A stretch of DNA of 7,244 nucleotides. Origin: Breznakia blatticola (GTDB taxonomy: Bacteria; Bacillota_I; Bacilli_A; Erysipelotrichales; Erysipelotrichaceae). Position numbers and translations under genes: made by a program. The notes below the pieces were generated by a model. That model was given only the letters and a program-made list of their open reading frames with translations, did no database searches and was not told the origin of the DNA. The DNA lies in assembly GCF_004365815.1 (NCBI RefSeq), contig NZ_SODD01000067.1:1-7244 (forward strand). Reading direction: 5' to 3'. This document shows, in pieces, positions 6,181 through 7,244 of the stretch. Within the stretch, counting starts at the first letter, position 1, and every line of letters starts with the position of its first letter.

Positions 6181-7244
6181 ATGTTTAGAAAAATAGGAAT
6201 TACAATTCTTGCTTGCTTCACATTGTTTGGGGCTGCTGGATTTACAGATGTATTTACATCCCATCAAGATGATATAGTAAGTGAGCCAGAAGAAAAATTA
6301 GTGAATTATAATGTTGCTAGCGATACGATGGAATGGAAATACTTGGATGATAATACGGATCCAAATGTAGGAACGTATTACGAAACATGGAATAAGAAAA
6401 ATGGATGGGCGTATCCAATTGGTTGGCTGGATTATGGAGTCGACATGGAATTTGATGATGTGGATTGGCCTTCATACCAAGGAAAGAAATTCACAACTAC
6501 AGATGATGGAAGTGGACAAGTGTTGAAGACAAATGATGATGGTACAACATATAGTACATACTTTTTACGTCATACATTCCGCTTAACACAAAAACAAGTA
6601 GATAACACGTATGCGATTAGTGGGAAAGTCCGTTATAATGATGCGATGATTATGTATTTGAATGGAAAGCCAATTGCAAACTTCTTTAATATTCCTACAA
6701 GTAACTATAAGCAAAATATGGAATATGGATGTCAAGAAAAAGTTGATGGTTATATCGAAGAAGAATTCATTATTGAAGATGTATCAAGTCTAGGTGCTGG
6801 TTATATTCCAGGCACATACAAAGAAGGTTATGATGAGCAATGGAAGATGGATATCATGGAACTTGATGAACCAGAGACAGATGCGTATGGAAATACATTC
6901 ATGGATATCACAATTGCAGTTGAACTTCATACAGCAAATCCAGAAGATGTAGATGCTATGTTTGAATTACTAGAATTCAATATCAATCCAACAGAAGATA
7001 CACTTCCAGCAAGTGATGCAATTAAAGATGTTGCATTAAATGTTGGAGAAAATGAAACAAACTTGAACTTAGCGTGGTTTGCGACTTCTGATAAAGTTGG
7101 TGCACTTCAAATCATGGAAGGTAATGATATAAATGCATTTGATGAAACTAAAGCAACAACAATACCTGCTAAATCAACAGAAAAAGCATATACAAAATTT
7201 ACAGATACACACTACTACTCAAATAAAGTAGATTACAATGGAAT
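6181..7244 (+). CDS. Secreted or cell-surface protein, N-terminal 354 aa (3'-truncated by window edge); possibly the N-terminal part of a metallophosphoesterase
   Basis: Absent from the ORF track because it has no stop in the window. I translated frame 1 from ATG 6181 to 7244 and found no stop. RBS AAGGAG (6170-6175) sits 5 nt before the ATG. The signal-peptide-like N-terminus is MFRKIGITILACFTLFGAAGF. A beta-sandwich-like module follows (EWKYLDD...WP...YFLRHTF...MIMYLNGKPI). Then comes VALNVGENETNLNLAWFATSD, which resembles (from memory) the purple-acid-phosphatase-N-type domain preceding the calcineurin-like catalytic domain in Firmicute exoenzymes. The CDS call is solid; the function is tentative. 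Confidence 0.8.
   Translation, partial: MFRKIGITILACFTLFGAAGFTDVFTSHQDDIVSEPEEKLVNYNVASDTMEWKYLDDNTDPNVGTYYETWNKKNGWAYPIGWLDYGVDMEFDDVDWPSYQGKKFTTTDDGSGQVLKTNDDGTTYSTYFLRHTFRLTQKQVDNTYAISGKVRYNDAMIMYLNGKPIANFFNIPTSNYKQNMEYGCQEKVDGYIEEEFIIEDVSSLGAGYIPGTYKEGYDEQWKMDIMELDEPETDAYGNTFMDITIAVELHTANPEDVDAMFELLEFNINPTEDTLPASDAIKDVALNVGENETNLNLAWFATSDKVGALQIMEGNDINAFDETKATTIPAKSTEKAYTKFTDTHYYSNKVDYNG

Noticed and set aside
6154-6182. TTGAAT-17-TATTAT promoter-like pair just upstream of or overlapping ATG 6181
   Set aside because: The predicted start site would fall inside the CDS, downstream of the RBS and ATG. The next in-frame Met is ~50 codons later, past the signal peptide, so it is not a sensible promoter for this gene.
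6205-6216. Possible lipobox ILAC (Cys codon 6214-6216) in the secreted protein
   Set aside because: The Cys is only residue 12, which leaves a very short n+h region. Leu at -2 is atypical. A type-I signal peptide or an N-terminal anchor is at least as likely. This needs SignalP.
5844-6221. 125-aa minus-strand ORF spanning the regulator 3' end, the leader and the start of the secreted-protein gene
   Set aside because: It overlaps two confident + strand CDS ends and the promoter, hairpin and terminator. Its translation is low complexity (FLNIISPFLTRFNFAFLL...). The region is better explained by + strand regulatory elements.

Overview
AT-rich window that looks like a low-GC Gram-positive (Bacillota) chromosome; all genes are on the + strand. 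Order: (1) the 3' end of a membrane-protein gene with its own intrinsic terminator; (2) a tightly packed PTS alpha-glucoside/maltose utilisation cluster, consisting of a GlvC/MalP-like EIICB permease, an unrecognised 157-aa polytopic membrane protein, a GH4 6-phospho-alpha-glucosidase (GlvA-like), a dedicated EIIA(Glc) and two tandem, translationally coupled RpiR/GlvR-family regulators; (3) a near-consensus sigma-A-type promoter followed by a ~110-nt leader ending in a very strong intrinsic terminator; (4) the 5' part of a large signal-peptide-bearing protein that runs off the window. I see no tRNA/rRNA, CRISPR array, transposase/integrase or obvious defence genes. This is mostly an ordinary sugar-catabolism locus. 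The parts worth a second look are the promoter-leader-terminator unit upstream of the secreted protein (candidate riboswitch, attenuator or small RNA that I cannot match to a known class), the asymmetric pair of GlvR paralogs (one has lost the SIS phosphate-binding motif), and the orphan membrane protein embedded in the operon. Family assignments rest on motifs and my recollection of B. subtilis GlvA/GlvC/GlvR; no searches were run.
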